Assembly: GCA_035084275.1 (NCBI GenBank)
Contig: CM068759.1
Span: 3,162,001 to 3,226,000, forward strand
Length of the DNA stretch: 64,000 nt
Source: Hydrolagus colliei
Taxonomy: Eukaryota
Direction: 5' to 3'
Shown here: positions 1-53,097 of the stretch, one piece after another
Layout of the letters: each line of letters starts with the position of its first letter
Position numbering within the stretch: the first letter of the stretch is position 1
The notes under the pieces: generated by a model
What the model saw: only the letters and a program-made list of their open reading frames with translations
What the model was told of the DNA's origin: nothing
The model's database searches: none
Translations under genes and position numbers: made by a program

Positions 1-180
1 AAAAGGGTGGTGGAAACAGATGCAATAAGAACTTTCAAGAGGGACTTAGATAAATGCATCAAAAGGAAAACAATGTAGGGGTATGGGGAATGAGTGGGAA
101 ATGGGATTGATTGGGTAGCTCTTCCACAGGCATGATGGACCAAAGCGCCTCCTTCTGTGCAGTAATATTACATGATTCTA
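1..180 (+). mobile_element. CR1 LINE 3' end fragment
   Basis: RVVETDAIRTFKRDLD-like ORF2 end, then atggaccaaagcgcctccttctgtgc and an atgattcta tail; resembles the copy at 55064-55346. Confidence 0.75.
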
Positions 181-405
181 ATTCTTGCATTTGATACAAT
201 GTCTTATCACATCACGGAGACATCTCAGAAGATGTGACATCTCATAGAGGAAGGTCTTGAGACTGGCCTTGACTGAGGCAAGGGTGAGGTTGAGGTGGAG
301 GAGCTCTGGGATGGGCCATGTTCAAGAGAGTGGAGCAGAACAGCCAAAGGCCTGACCATCGATGGTAGAGTGCTTGGGGAGGGGGACATGGAGCAGGCCA
401 GAGAC
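181..405 (-). mobile_element. SINE tail plus L2 LINE fragment
   Basis: SINE-like tail (cttgcatttgata...gagacatctca) followed by gaggaaggtcttgagactggccttg, shared with the L2 copy at 18795-19092. Confidence 0.6.
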
Positions 406-2170
406 TGCCTTACCTAATAACCTAATATTTATCTGCATTAAAATTGATCTGCTGCTCCCTAGATAAATTAGATAATTGGTTGTGAAGCTCATGGATTTAA
501 TTGCTCTTTCCTCTCAACTTGACAGTCTTTCCAGTTTGTGATCACGTAATATTGGAAGCATTGATTTAAAACAGAATACTAAAGGCAAAAAACCACACGT
601 ACTTTTCACAAAATATAGAAAAGCAATTTGCATATTTTTTACTGAAAAACTTTCACAACAAAGAAAAAAAGTTTTATTAAAGCTGTATTTGAACATTCTT
701 CTTTGAACAAATTGTACCTCTTTGATCACGATTTTAGTCATCTTTCCCTTCCTCCCCCAGCTCAGGAACCCATCTGGCATTGCCAAGGCATTTTGAGGCG
801 TGCATTTAACTACACAAAGGTAAACATTATTCAATCACATTTCTCCTGTTTTTTTATTGAATGTGGCTGAGGTAAAACACAATCGTTAAACCTGAAAGTA
901 AGATCATATTGCTAGCAGGATTAATTTAGAAAACAGTCACACTTTCGAGGCAGAGGTTGCTAATGGAAATGGAAATTTATTCTGTGCTCAACACTAAGAG
1001 GTGTGAGAGAGTGGCCTGAAGTGATCAGTCTGGTGATTTTTCTGCTTCTTCCTCCCTTGTGAGGAATTGATTCATCTGTTCTCTGTGCTTTCTTCATGCT
1101 GTGACTGCCACTGGTAGTTAGCTCACCGTGTGGCAATTGGGGATGTAAACACATGTCCCATCTTTCTCTCTGGCATGGATCATTGGTGGTGTAATGAAGA
1201 GCGACAACACACTACCCAAATCTAAGCTGCACAAATATTTAACCAGTGACTTCCAAAATCTCAGCAAACCTAATGTCAACTTCGACAATTAATATAGATT
1301 TAAAACTAAATTACATCAGAACTGTCAACTCTTCGCAAAACAAGGGATGGAACTTGGTTGGTAGAATTGAGCTTTGGGATCAAGTAATTATGACTCGGTT
1401 ATGACCTCAAATAAGAACGAGTTTCCATGCAAGATGCTACCAGTATAGAATAATGTTGCCGTGATTCACAATACAAGCAATGCATCATGTCAAGCCACAA
1501 ATTGCACCCTGATGTTTCTTTCTGGTGAAATTTCACAATTATCTTTCGTATGGTTTTCCTTTGTCTGAACATGCTCTTCCGTTAATGTGTCCGGCAAGAA
1601 CATGACTTATCAGGGGTTTTTTATGTGGCCGGCGTCTCAGCTATTACAAAACTGGGAAGTGGAAACACACCTTTCAGTTCATTTGTGCATTAGTGAGTTA
1701 TCGGGTCAGCCCACCTGCACAGTGTAATTTGTACTTCACAGCTTTTTGTCATATCTCCTCATTTTCCATGGTAACGATAGCCCTTTACAATATTCATCGG
1801 AAGAAGGCTCATAAAACTAGCTTGGATTGTAACAAATTGAGGTAATAATCCTAATAAATGTTACGTTTAGTTTCTGTTGTGAGAGCCAAACATCTATTAA
1901 ATTGCTCCGAGACAGTTCTGACTCAAGAGTTCAATTGCTTGGGTTAAGGCAATTCTTGTTACTCAAGCCCAGTTGCACTGTGAGTTCTACAGCTTCGCAT
2001 TTGCTTCAGAGTGATTTCAAATCCTGGGAGGCCATTTACCAAACAGTTATCTTATAATCCTTGAATTGCCAACATGTCTGGAGACATCCTAGTCTCCATG
2101 AGTGGATTGATTCTGCATATTTTCTGCTCCCAAGCTGTGCAACATTAAAAAAAAATGCAAATCTTTAATA

Positions 2171-2502
2171 CAGTCAAACTCTGGATAACTCGCCCCTGGG
2201 ATAAGTTGTCAACCCCACATAACTCGTCACTCACTCAAGATCCTGGCTATTACCCACGCAAAATGTTAATTAATCAGTGGCTCGTACCTCGTCAAGATCT
2301 CACACTTCAAAAAAATTGTTCCCTCTTAAAACACCTCTGGTAACTTGTCACTTCGTTGGGTCTTCAAATTGCTGAGCCATATAGGATTTTTGAAGTTTTT
2401 TTTAAAAAAAGTGTGCAAGTTACTTTGGATAACTTGTCAATGCTGATAATCCATAATTTGAGCTATTTCCCTTGGGGTGATGAGGTATCATCAGTTTCGC
2501 TA
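2171..2502. mobile_element. Degenerate Tigger/pogo-like MITE
   Basis: Starts ta|cagtcaaactctggataactcg; a degenerate reverse complement lies at about 2474-2502; internal (ga)taact(c/t)gtca motif repeated several times. Confidence 0.55.
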
Positions 2503-2844
2503 TCGTTGCATCAAAATAACTTTAAAATGTCTTTTTTTTCAAAAAAAAAGAAACCTCTCTTCTTACCTCCAACTCCTGCCTCCAGTTTTAAAATTCAGGA
2601 GCAAAGTATACGATGAATTAATCTGACTCCAAAATGGCTTCTCTGCAGGCAATGCAAATCGTGAATCATTATTGTTTAATGGGCACTGTCTATCTGTGAC
2701 CAGATGAATCATCGGCACAAGGTTTTAATGTATTAAGAGAGAAAGTGGGAGGTGCAAATGTGTAAGACTTGCCTGTGTAACCTGTATCTAGCCCCCCCAC
2801 CCCCCATCCACCGGGGTTAGTCTGTATATCTTCTCTTGACCTTC

Positions 2845-3130
2845 ATAATAGAACCATAGGAATTTACATTCGACAAATGGTGGCCATTTGGCCCATTGTG
2901 CCTATGTAGGCACTTTAAAAGCAACAATTGTTTCAGTCCCATTTACCTTCTCCATTCTCCAACCAACCACACGTAGTTTGCTTGTTTGTTTAGAATAGAA
3001 TATGGATCATTAAGTATTTGTACTTGTCATTTCAAGGAGTTCATTGATACAGAATCAGCTGGAGTCCCCTATTCTCTGGGAAACCTATCGAGTATTATTC
3101 TACTGTGGTGAAGATTTATAATTTTGTTTA
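2845..3130 (-). mobile_element. Old CR1 LINE 3' end
   Basis: catag...ggccatttggcccattgtgcct resembles the CR1 tail at 55064-55130. Confidence 0.55.
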
Positions 3131-3519
3131 GCATTTCATTCAAAATCAATCATAGGCTCTGTGAAAAAAAGCGTACAAAACTATCTACCCACGCATGCCA
3201 CCTGGCAGTCATTTTTGAAAGGAACTGAGTTGAAAATCTGTGAGTTTCAAGTTAGACACACTTTAGATGTCACACACCCAGATATAGATAGCTCTCAACG
3301 CAAAGGCGTTTGAGTGTCTGTGAAGTGAAGTCATGAATGAAGATGGCCTAGAATGGGATTGTATCATATTTAAGATGTTAAGATGAGGATAGCCACAGAC
3401 GATAATGCACATTAAGATAAATTTCCCTGGCTCTAGTGTTCAATAGGTTCAATCCTCTGCAACAATCTCAAAGCATAATAAACACAGCACTGATAGTGTC
3501 TTAAGAACATCAACCATTG

Positions 3520-3711
3520 AAAACCCTCCCTTGCCTCCCTCAAGACCCATCTCAAGATGTTCCTTTTCGACCGTGCCTTCGGTCACCCTCCTCCCTGCCC
3601 TCCATCCCCCCCGATCGCAACCACCAGCTCGGGTGCAGATCCCTCACTGTCCAGCGCCTTGGGACGTCCTTCCGATGTGCAAGGGCACTATACGAATGTA
3701 ATCTGTTGTTG
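3520..3711 (+). mobile_element. L2 LINE 3' end with (TTG)n tail
   Basis: ctcaagacc...cttttcgaccgtgccttcgg...agcgccttgggacgtc...ctatacgaatgtaatctgttgttg; reverse complement of the 18795-19020 element. Confidence 0.7.
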
Positions 3712-3729
3712 AAAGGAATTCAAACCAAG

Positions 3730-4918
3730 TCAGTGTTTTAAAAGGGGAATTTTATTTATAACACTGAGGGGCCAGACGCAAATGCACCAGTTCAGCTCTG
3801 GTACACAATAAATCTGCAAAGCTGTTACTCAGTTGAACCAAGACTGCAGTGGCACTAGAAACACACATTCAAAACTTTTTTTTTCTCTCTCTATCTTCCC
3901 TTTTTTTTTGGTACAAAATGGTACAAACAACGATACAAAATATTTGTGCTGTTGACCATTACAAAAAAAAGTTTTGTCTAACTGTGCAATGATTGTGTTG
4001 AAACATGAATTACATGACACCAGAAGGAACTGTTCTCTGAAAACAACCACAGTCATGCGGGTCTGCTACTCGTTCAATATATAAAAAGAAAACACATGCA
4101 GAAAAGAAAAAAGCTCCAATTATACACATAACATTACCTAGGTGGTGTTCGCTCCAAGCAAGACTACATTATGTACACACTATATTGAGAACTTAAGTGG
4201 ACTACCAATGTTAAAAAAAGTTAAGTTACGTTAATATGACGTCAAATTTCACTCCAGACTTCAAAAGAAAGAAAGCCAAACTAATACTGAATACTAATGA
4301 AGACTTACCAGTCTCTTCAGAAGGTTTTGCCATTATTTGTACACTGCTTGGCAAATTAGATTTTTTTTTCAAAGTTAAGCTCTATACAACATATACAGTG
4401 TGATTAGCCACCCACCTGCTCAGTTTGAAACATGGCCGTTAATACGTGTGTAACGCTGTACATTTTGTCTTTTACTGTATTTTACACCAATAGTTTAAAA
4501 GGCAAAAAAGGAAACGTGTCCATTAGCCAGAGTGGAAATATACTGATTCGTTTATTTTCTCTTCTTAGCCAGTCGTGGACCAGGGATCAATAGATGGTTG
4601 AATTTTAATCGCTCCTGAGATTGAGGGAATCCGATAAAACACGTACCAAAAAGGCACTTTAAAAACAGTGCTTCTGTACTAAGAAATTCAAGTTAATAAA
4701 GAGCGCCTTTCACTCTTAAGTTGTAAAGCAGACGTTGAGCGATATTCCTGCTGACTGACCCAAAAATATGCGGCAAAGACAACAAGCATTCATGCTAAGC
4801 AGCTCATGTTCTAAAATAAAAAAAAACTAACCCACCACTAAAAAATATTATGGTCAGCAAGGAATATTAATGAAAAAGCTGCCTCTTTTTGTACAGTTCC
4901 TTCATTCCTAGTGTACTG
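3730..4918 (-). other. cdh4: cdh4 3' UTR (approximate end)
   Basis: Repeat-free AU-rich stretch after the stop codon, ending at an AATAAA followed by a GU/U-rich tract. Confidence 0.7.
3751..3756 (-). terminator. Polyadenylation signal AATAAA
   Basis: tttatt on +; on - it is followed about 20 nt later by CA and cttggtttg, just before repeats resume. Confidence 0.65.
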
Positions 4919-45350
<40,432 letters not shown>

Positions 45351-47259
45351 CTGAAACAGATACGCATTGCCAATCACTACATTGTTCATCCACCAACACA
45401 GCTATACACACATACCGCTCACGTCATACGACTGGAGTTTACACACTTGGCATCACACACCTACATTATTATGGGATTATGATGTACCCCACGCACTTTA
45501 GTGGTATAATCAGGGCATCACACATTACATTTTACACCTATGGCACAAGTTGCTTTTCGCCACAACTAGCCTTGACATCACAACCATCTTGAATTTTAAA
45601 ATTTGCTCCGTGTAAATCATACGAAAATTCTCCATTCCCTTTCAACCAGCAAAGAATCTCCCGATAATTTTGTTTGGATGATCTTTAAAATGTTCGAATT
45701 GCGCCCAAGAAATTTAGAATAGGTTTAATATATCTGCACCCTCTAGTGATGCTAGCGTTTAAGGAGTTGTATTAACAAGAGCACAGCACCAAGGGCAAAG
45801 AGCAAACTGAGCAACAAATAGCTTTTAAAAACACAACAAAGCAGCAATAATTCCTGGTCCCTCCCCTCTTCTCCACCACCAAGTATTTTCAGCAATAAAT
45901 AGCTGCCTCCCATTAATTAATTCCCTCAGTGTCTAATCAGCATGGTAGCCATTACTCTAAGCACGTCTCGCAAATTGATGCTGGTGTTTAATTTACCAGA
46001 AAAATGTTGGCCTGAAAATTAAACAGCGTTTTTCTCTGCTTTGTATCTGAGGTTGATGCACGAACAGGTGCAAATCCCCTCCCACCACCCCCACCATCAC
46101 ATTTCAGTCATACTACATTTAAAAAAAAATTCTCCAGTGCACCATGCACACACACACTGGTTCCAATTATGTAAATACTGTGCATGAACGCTGGATATTA
46201 ATGGAAGCTTTACATGTTGAGTGACCTGATAAATAGGCAAGCGGTAGCATAAATCATGTGTAAACGACGCATTTCTCACTTCAAAAAACAGCACCAATAA
46301 CTTGATTAAAAAATAAAATGGCAAAAAAAAAGGCAATCATTAGTAAGTACTGGAGTGTGATACTGTAAGACGGTTGCAAGGTCCCAAGGGTATCTGAATG
46401 CTTGTGCAAAATCTGTGTAAAGAAACCCTTTTAAAATCAGTTGTATGCTTCCAGCCACAATAATTGACAAGCTCGGTTAAAAAAAATAAGTGATGTGTAG
46501 AGGAAGGGGAAAATTATGTTCCCCCCACCACCTCCACAACACCCCCTCCCCCCCCACCCTCACTTGTCACCTCTTTCTTTTGATATCTGCAAGAAACCAT
46601 AGCTGCTGTATGTTTTATTCATGCTTTAATAACCTGAAACATATCTTACGGAAAAGAAAACCAATCTGACTGGGCTCCTACCTCAGTCTACACAGGTTTA
46701 AGACTTTAATCCTCATCGCAGCCAAGAAGCATATCAGAAAAAAAAGCTGTGGAGAGAACATGGTGGCTTTTCACCTCTCGGGTGGGAGTTTAAATCTCGC
46801 CTGGACTAATGGGATAAAAATCCACTTCAAATGACAGCTGTGAATGTCCTAATAATTTGAGGGATATTAACTAAGCTTCAAATGTACAAGAGTGCACGGC
46901 ATAAAAAATGCTCGCAAATTAGTCATTGTACTTTGCAGAGTACTCTGTGAAGCACTTTCCAAATGTCCCCTTGACATGAAAGGTGGTGGCTATATCAAAT
47001 GTATGTATTTATTTCTTTATTTATTTATTTATTTATTCGGGGGTTGAATGTGCAGTTTTCAAGTAGAAATTGCTAAAACGTCAAATAACAAACACTCAGA
47101 TGTGAATCGCCTGTCGCTCCTTCGCATCTCACCCACCACTCCACCCCACACAGCCCCAAGCGTCAGCCTTCCCAACGTCATGACTCTGGGTCACACATTC
47201 TCCATGCAGCTCGGAGGTCAGAGCTTTAGACTTCCACTTATAATAGTAACGACGTACAA

Positions 47260-47410
47260 ATAATTCTCGCATTTTATGCAGCACCTGTAATGTCCAAACG
47301 TCTCAAAGAACTTCACAGTGAAGCACTACCAAGTGTAGCGACTGTGTGTTTATAGGCAAACGCAGCAGCCAATTTGCGCGCAGCTAAAGTCCCCGCCAAC
47401 AGATACGAGG
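47260..47410 (-). mobile_element. DeuSINE-like 3' fragment
   Basis: acgtctcaaag...aagtgtagcgactg...aaacgcagcagccaatttgcgcgcagc. Confidence 0.55.
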
Positions 47411-49074
47411 CAAGACAACAGTGAGACACTTAGCGAGACGGGAGGCTTTTCAGCTGCACAAAATAATCAGAGCAAAGCAGAGCATTGCCTATCCTGGGTC
47501 GTCGAAAGTCTCGATGCACAAACTGGAAGGTGAGACAATTGGCCAGAGCCTTATGGACATCAGCATTGACAGCACAGGGTGGGAATGGAGAGGGGGTGGG
47601 GGGTGAATCCTGAATCTGTCACATTCAGACTATTCCAGGAAGCGTTGTTTTTGAAAGCTCGAGCTCTAGGTATGTTGTGGGGACAGAACAGAAGGTGCTT
47701 CACATCTAATTGGTGTTATTTCTCATCTGGGAGTGCTCAGTAGTGAGACTGGATGCAAATCACAGTCAGGTGTTTTCCAGGACTTGCATTGTTCACCTTG
47801 CTTCACAGTATTGCGCGCGTGTGTGTGTGCGTTGTGTGTGTGCGTTTTAAAAGAAGAGAGAAAATTGCTTTTCAGAAACAATTAAGCAAAAAAGAACAGC
47901 ATTGAAACGTAATCTCGGTTAAGATCCTGAATTTGTCGGGCAAACAGATACCGCGCAGTATGCAACGACGAGGAATGAGAAGAAACAAACATTGATTCGG
48001 TGATAAATCCAGTGATAGTCTGCATCAACATATGCAGTTGTTTACGATGAAGGTTGCTCAGCAGACTGAAGCTCATTACATTTGCATTAGTCCAACACCT
48101 TAGACACATTGTCCTCTAGGGCATGTTGCGTGGTGTGTACACACACACAGACACAGTCAATTTTTCCAATATATGTCCTTGTAACTACAGTACACCTTCA
48201 GCGGAATCTTATCCAGCCGGCAAAATCTCAACAACAAAAAATTATACTTGCGATAGCTCTGTTCAATAACACGTTAATACTGTGTACAGCAAGCAATACT
48301 AGATACCAAGGCTTTAGCTGGATGCAGACCTTTGATTTAATTGCTGAGACCCTTGAATCGTTAGCTGATTCTGCTTGGCAGCCTCTTTTGCTCAGCCCAG
48401 GGCCCAGAAGGGTTGATTGAACACATCTTGTAAATTGAACAGCAATAGACAAGGACCACAGGATGTAGCTAAATATCTGATGCTTCAAATGAATAAGCCC
48501 AGAATTAACCACATGCTTGCATGGGCATCCCTTAATTCATCAAGAACATTTTAAAAGGAGGTGAGCAATTCTTTTCTCTCTTTTGTTTTTGATGGTCATG
48601 TTATAAGCCAAGCAAGGATTCAGTGCTTTGAGGAGAGGATAAAAGACGAGAAAATTGCAGTGGATTTGAATTAGAACGCGGTGTCTATTAATCACACACA
48701 ACTCTTACTGTGGGACTTAAACCCTTAAACTAGCCATGAAATTCAATCAAACGAGATGAGGCTCATTTAAATTACCTAATTTGGAATTGTTCTGTTGTTT
48801 CTTTTCCCATCTCCGCATCAGACAGCGCAGCAATACCTGATGTGCCTCCACCCGCCCCGACTTGCCACTTCCCCCACATACGCGAAGAGAAGACAGAACG
48901 CACATCTTGACTGGCAATGACTGCAGGCAGGTGCAGCTAAACCAAATGCCACCTGCCTGCATAAATGTGAAGCATTGGCCTTATCCAGCAATGTAAGGAA
49001 TTTCTCCGAAACACAACTAGGTGGAGGCAAAGTGTATGTGAGTCTGTGTGACTGTGTATGTCACGTGTATGTTC

Positions 49075-49372
49075 GGAGTCCTGTAGCTCAGTGGTTAGAG
49101 CACTCGCCTTGCAAGCGAGAAACCTGGGTTCAAATCCAGGCAGGGCGAAGCCTTGAGGATGTTTCCCTACTTCACACGCCTAACAATAATCCCACGAAAA
49201 AACCCACAATGATAAATAAGTCATTTCAATCTACGACTGTTTGTGGGACACTGCTGTGTGCCACTGGCTGCAGCTTTTTGCCCACAAATATACAGTCAAT
49301 TCATATTACAGTAAATTCTGCAAAGCGTTTTGAGACGTCTAGAAGACGTGAAAATCTCTACATCAAATGCAT
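49075..49372 (+). mobile_element. tRNA-derived SINE, full length
   Basis: A box tagctcagtgg, B box ggttcaaatcc, body and tail. Confidence 0.9.
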
Positions 49373-50449
49373 GAGACTGTGAGAGTTACGAGAGACTGTA
49401 AGTAGTAGGTATGTTGGAATATAACGTTTTTTAGCGAAAGCAAGCAGCACAGTGTTTAACCTCCCCAATCAGTTGATGTATTCTATTCTGACTCCAGTAC
49501 AATAGCTGTAAACCCCAAATTGGAGAGGTTGCGTAGGAAAGATTCAAGGCCGTGGTTAAGGAGTATAGCACAGAGCTGTGATCACAGAACCGACTGTCTG
49601 TGTTGGCAAGGGAATATAAGGATAGCGAAAGAGCAAAAAATAAATCTAAAGCAATAACTATATTTAATGTAGAATTGCACTGTATTATTAGGCTTGTAAT
49701 TGCCAACCAATTTATTACAAGTAATTGGAAGACCTTTTCCAGTAAACTAGTCAGCATGTTTTATGCTCCAACAAAAGGCAAACTTTACTGTTCAGTGTAT
49801 TCAATGCTTTCAAAAAAAAGTATTCTACGTAAAGGACCATTTTTTACACTTTTAGACACACCATAATAGACTACAATTATGTGTTTTAAGTGCTTCTACA
49901 AAAGAGGTAATGCATCCACTTTAAGTCAGATTGCGCGCATGAAGTGCCGCAATGGGGCCATTTAATTTTCACTTTCAAGTCAGCTTTAAAATGGATTTTA
50001 TTTTAATGTTGGTTTGAAAAAAAAAGGATATATTGACATCAAAGACTTGTTGTCACGTGGATTACTTTAGACAGTGCAGCGGCAATTCAGCTGCATTTCA
50101 TTTACTGAAAGGCCATTATGCACTTTAACTTTCTTACATGCCACAAACTGTTTCTGCTAAGCTATCAAAACAGATGAAAGTTTTACCGAAACATTTGAAT
50201 GTTCAATTCTTTTTCGTAATGGCACGCGGTCAAAGGTGAATCCTTCACTTGTTCATCATCAGCCTAGCACAGTGAAACAAAATCACTTTTGTCTGAGCCA
50301 AAGGTAAAAGTGAATTATTTGTTCTTTATTGTTGTTCTTTAGTTAACGATCCAACTTTGCTTTACTCTTTTCATGTTCGCCTCTAAAACTGTGTAATTCT
50401 TATAAAGATTTATTACTATAGTATTACTGTATACACAAAACTCCACTGA

Positions 50450-50710
50450 ATGGAACAATCCACGATTGCTTTTTTGGACATTGTGGTGCACAACTGACTG
50501 CTGATTTTCACCCATAAAATATACAGTCAATTCACTTTACAATACAGTCTGTGAAGAGCTTTGCAACATTTCAATAATAAAAATCCTTGCATTTGATATA
50601 ACAACAACCAAATTACATTTGTTTAGTCCTTATCACGTCTCTGAGACGTCTCAAAGCGCTTCACAGATGAGGTGATAAGGTGCTATATCAAATTGCAAGG
50701 ATTATTATAA
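50450..50710 (+). mobile_element. Diverged SINE 3' half with nested inverted tail fragments
   Basis: The + strand tail is interrupted at about 50570-50668 by - strand tail sequence. Confidence 0.65.
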
Positions 50711-52044
50711 ATGTTCTTAAGAAAGAATTTCTGCAGTAACAGTGTTAATGAAAATGTTATATGGATTTGATTTTTGAAATTCAGCTTCAGTTCTACGAGG
50801 ACAGGGGTATTTTTACAACCACTATATACAGCACCAATTATCCATTCTTCTGAGATTTTATTCTGAGATTAATGTTGTGGAGTAACGCTGTAATGATAGT
50901 GCATTCATCTCAAGCATGCAACTTAATTTTTATTATTTCTTTTAGTGAGCCCTGGCAGCACTCATCAAACAGCTCTTGTTTATTTTATATTATTCTTATT
51001 ATCTATATTTATTTGAACATTAAAACAACTGTAAACTGACCTCTTTGGAAGTCGCAGAAAATAAATGCTACTTCCTTTAATGGTTCTCAGTCATTACTAA
51101 AATAATAACAACAATAACTTGCATTTATACAGCGCCTTTCATGTGTGAAGTATTTTGGAGATGAAAACCAAAAGACCTAATACATTGCCGAACTGTTTGT
51201 GAACAATTACCAGATTAGCAGTAGCAAAGGTAACAGTGGATCATCAATATATCCCAATTCATTCTGGACCAAAGCTACAAACACAAACAACATCGTGTTA
51301 TAATACAGAGCAAACGTCCACAGAAATGAATGAGAGAAACTGTTGCACTTATGCAGAAATAATAATAATGCACATTTAAACACCGTAGCCCGGAACAAGA
51401 TTTCAGTAAATGTTACTTGACGGGAACTCAATGCAACATTTGTAATCAGGATCTGAAACTCCAAATCACATACAGTGACAAGCAACAAGAAGCTGTTCCA
51501 CGGATGTAGATCAGAAATAATAAATACTCAGGTCAGCGTAATCCCCAAGTCCAGTGACAAATTCCATGTCATCACAGAAACAGCCAATAATATACTTGCT
51601 GAAACGACTTGAGCAACCTTGATGAGTGGAAGCTAGAACCTGTTTGCCGCCACCAAATTCTTAACTCAAAGAGTTGGTGGTACCTTCAGAAATCCGACTT
51701 TTGTTCTCGTTCAACGCTTTTTGTTCATTGCCCGTTTAACAGGTGGAAGATTTTTTTTTCCTAATTGGTGTAAAAGTGGCATGCTGCGTCCCATAGTGCT
51801 GCCGAACAAGTGCAGTTTTAACGTGCTACTAATTAGGACATGGGGAAAAAACCCATCAAAAGTGAATGCGCATTGATACCCAATGCTCAGGAACACTTGG
51901 GAGTCTTAATTGTAACCTCTGACTCCTAAACAATGTACCAAGCCAGCTGACAATCCAGATGTTCATTGTCAAATAGCAGGTAGCTGTGGCTTGGGTTATT
52001 CCCCAATTGTAGTTTTTTGCAAGAATTATAATTCTTACCGACTT

Positions 52045-52380
52045 ATAATAATAATAATAATAATCCTTGCATTTGATCTAGCGCTTTTCACATCTTATCG
52101 ACGTCTCAAAGCGCTTCGCAGAATACATTGTAAAGTGAATTGACTGTACGTTTGTGGGCGAAACGCAGCAGCCAATTGCGCACAGCAGCGTTCCCACAAA
52201 CAGTCGTGGATTGAAATGACCAATTTTATTATTGTTTTTTTTTTGGAGGGATTATCATTAGGCGCGTGTGTGTGGAGTAAGGAAACTTGCCCAAGGTTTC
52301 GCCCTGACCTGCCTGGATTAGAACACAGGTCTCACGCTTGTAAAGCGAGTGCTCTAACCACTGAGCTACAGGAGCTCCAC
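52045..52380 (-). mobile_element. tRNA-derived SINE, full length
   Basis: (taa)n tail, body, head ending ccactgagctacaggagctccac. Confidence 0.92.
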
Positions 52381-52784
52381 AATCTACTTAGACCCGTGTC
52401 TAAAATTTTGGAAACCTCAGGTGTAAGGAGATTCCGAACCATTCCGAACCTTATCACAATACAATGTGCTTATACAAATGTAATTTGTTGTTGTTATACT
52501 CCAGAGTTTCGTCGCCCAGGATCTCACAAGTATTTCAGATTCTACCTTATTTACATCTGTTGAACTTATTTTCCTTTCAAAGGGGTTTGTTTAAAAGAAG
52601 CTGTGTTTATAAATCTGCCACCAGACGATCCATTATCTGTTTGCTGTTGGTTTTGTGCTTCAATGAAGATTTCATTCAGAGCTGCAATGTCTCTCTTGTT
52701 CACCACACAATAGGTTGGGCTAAAAACCCAGTGTGGTGCCTGCATGTTTTAGAACTTCATTATTGCCCATGTAATGGCATTAGT

Positions 52785-53097
52785 GTGGAGTGCTGTAGCT
52801 CAGTGGCTAGAGCACTCGCCTGGGTTCGATTCCCGGCAGGGCGAAACCTCGAGCAAATTTCCGTACTCCACAACCCTGATAACAATCACTCAAAACAAAC
52901 GAATGATGAATTGGTCATTTCAATCCACGCCTGTTTGTGGGCTGCTGCTGTGGACAATTGCCTGCTGCATTTCACCCACATCATATCGAGTCAATTCACT
53001 TTAAAATCTATTCAGCGAAGTGCTTTGAGACGTCTCCAGAAGATGTAAAATGCACTACATCAAATGCAAGGATTATTATCATAATGGTTATTATTAT
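52785..53097 (+). mobile_element. tRNA-derived SINE, anticodon arm deleted
   Basis: tagctcagtggctagagcactcgcc joins directly to tgggttcgattccc; body and tail follow. Confidence 0.88.

Noticed and set aside
45784-45804. REST/NRSE-like motif cagcaccaagggcaaagagc
   Set aside because: Left half matches but the right half has GGGCAA instead of GGACAG; too weak to call
49075-49150. tRNA gene calls (Val/Ala) at SINE heads
   Set aside because: Each runs directly into the SINE body and tail, lacks a T-run terminator and differs between copies; these are SINE heads, not tRNA genes
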